From Caulobacterales bacterium (GTDB taxonomy: Bacteria > Pseudomonadota > Alphaproteobacteria > Caulobacterales > Caulobacteraceae): a stretch of DNA of 64,000 nt. Below, piece after piece: positions 63,338 through 64,000 of the stretch (its first letter is position 1; each line of letters starts with the position of its first letter). The translations under genes were made by a program, and so were the position numbers. The DNA lies in contig JAFLCT010000001.1 in the NCBI GenBank assembly GCA_017302335.1, forward strand, positions 343 through 64,342, in the 5' to 3' direction. Under the pieces are notes generated by a model. The model saw only the letters and a list, made by a program, of their open reading frames with translations. It ran no database searches and had not been told where the DNA came from.

Positions 63338-64000
63338 GTGTTCGATAATCTCACACGTCCGGGGATCCTGCCCTCCCTCAACGCCCTGCGCGCCTTCGAG
63401 GCCATGGCCAGGACCGGCGGCGCCACCGCCGCCGCCGCGGAACTCTGTGTGACACACAGCGCAGTCAGCCGTCAGGTCAAGGCGCTGGAGGCCGCGCTGG
63501 GCGTTCGCCTCTTCGAGGGGCCGAAGCACCGGCTGGTCCTGACGAGCGCGGGCCGGACCCTGCTGCCGACCCTGACGATCGCCTTCGACGGCATCGCCGG
63601 AGGCGTCGCCGCGGCCCGGGGCGAGGGACGCGACCTGCATCTGGCCGTCCACGCCAGCCTGTCGGTCAAATGGCTGATCCCGCGCCTGCCCGCCTTCTCC
63701 GCCCAGCGGCCGGACGTGCGGCTGCATCTCGCGGAACTGCCTCCGCACGCCATGAGTCATCGCGGCGCCGACGCCCTGCTGCGGATTGTCGGCCCCGAGG
63801 CGCTCGACGACTCCCAGATGCGCCCCTTCATGCCCAACACCATCGGCCCAGTCATCGCTCCCTCCCTGCTAGCCGCATCCGAAAAGTCACCGCTGGAAAC
63901 CGTCATGACCGCGCCTCGGCTGATCACCCGGCCGCACCCTCAGGGCTGGCGCGACTGGGCGGACCTGGCGGGAGTGGACCTGCCGCGCGTCGAGGAGCGT
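63338..64000 (+). CDS. LysR-family transcriptional regulator (3' end truncated by the window edge)
   Basis: Not in the ORF track because no stop is reached. I translated it from the GTG at 63338: VFDNLTRPGILPSLNALRAFEAMARTGGATAAAAELCVTHSAVSRQVKALEAALGVRLFEG... It stays open to nt 64000. Confidence 0.8.
   Translation, partial: MFDNLTRPGILPSLNALRAFEAMARTGGATAAAAELCVTHSAVSRQVKALEAALGVRLFEGPKHRLVLTSAGRTLLPTLTIAFDGIAGGVAAARGEGRDLHLAVHASLSVKWLIPRLPAFSAQRPDVRLHLAELPPHAMSHRGADALLRIVGPEALDDSQMRPFMPNTIGPVIAPSLLAASEKSPLETVMTAPRLITRPHPQGWRDWADLAGVDLPRVEER

Noticed and set aside
60241-63426. 1061-aa minus-strand ORF spanning prfC and the MFS gene. A related case is the 586-aa ORF at 35652-37412 (-).
   Set aside because: The first is antisense to an unmistakable RF3 gene and shifted in frame over the MFS gene. 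The second is antisense to the type I secretion ABC gene. Their composition is typical of shadow ORFs.
1-64000. Mobile element, prophage, CRISPR, tRNA or rRNA content, and horizontal-transfer signatures.
   Set aside because: I saw no integrase, transposase or phage structural motifs, no repeat-spacer array, no tRNA-like cloverleaf in the short intergenic regions, and no obvious block-wise GC shift. The AT-rich patches are confined to promoters.

Overview
High-GC (roughly two-thirds G+C by eye) chromosomal segment. Gene content and codon style suggest an alphaproteobacterium of the Caulobacterales type (Brevundimonas/Caulobacter-like), but this is inference only. I support about 55 CDS. I found no rRNA, tRNA, CRISPR array, transposase or integrase. 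Many long ORFs in the track are Arg/Gly/Pro/Ala-rich antisense shadows of real genes, and I rejected them. Layout: (1) 0-9.3 kb: nnrS, B12-type ribonucleotide reductase nrdJ, a hemerythrin protein, then moeA, moaC-moaB-moaE-moaD and a PLP decarboxylase. FNR/NnrR-type TTG-N8-CAA boxes lie in front of nnrS and the hemerythrin gene. (2) 9.4-17.8 kb holds the most interesting locus. It is a five-gene minus-strand operon with ATGA stop/start overlaps at three of its four junctions. It encodes a vWA lipoprotein, a 4-TM protein, a divergent FtsZ/tubulin-like GTPase, a 1219-aa protein with an actin/Hsp70-fold ATPase core, and a bitopic membrane protein. I cannot assign it to any characterised system. 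(3) 17.9-24.8 kb: divergently transcribed envelope genes. These are two paralogous membrane proteins (one with SH3-like and TonB-C-like domains), a glycine-zipper lipoprotein, and a coupled lipoprotein / caspase-like (C14) / trypsin-like (S1) operon whose products all carry export signals. (4) An ABC-2 exporter divergent from a DUF2975-HTH pair, with an 18-nt direct repeat containing CtrA-type TTAA-N7-TTAA boxes. (5) A bacterial URC-type uracil cluster (GTP cyclohydrolase II-like, DUF1688-like, upp). (6) An ABC-2 permease fused to an M1 aminopeptidase, plus its ATPase. (7) An Inh/AprI-like protease inhibitor lipoprotein next to a two-gene type I secretion module, with no substrate or outer-membrane factor in the window. 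(8) Malate synthase G. (9) 41-56.5 kb: a pectin/uronate utilisation locus (esterase, kdgK, TonB-dependent receptor, two pectate lyases, kduD, an RpiB-family isomerase, a LacI regulator, an MhpD-like hydratase, TRAP dctPQM). It is tied together by five copies of the palindrome TGACACCGGTGTCA in its promoter regions. (10) A GH13 alpha-glucosidase, a small hypothetical, an exported HExxH+TPR protein, prfC, an MFS transporter and a partial LysR regulator.
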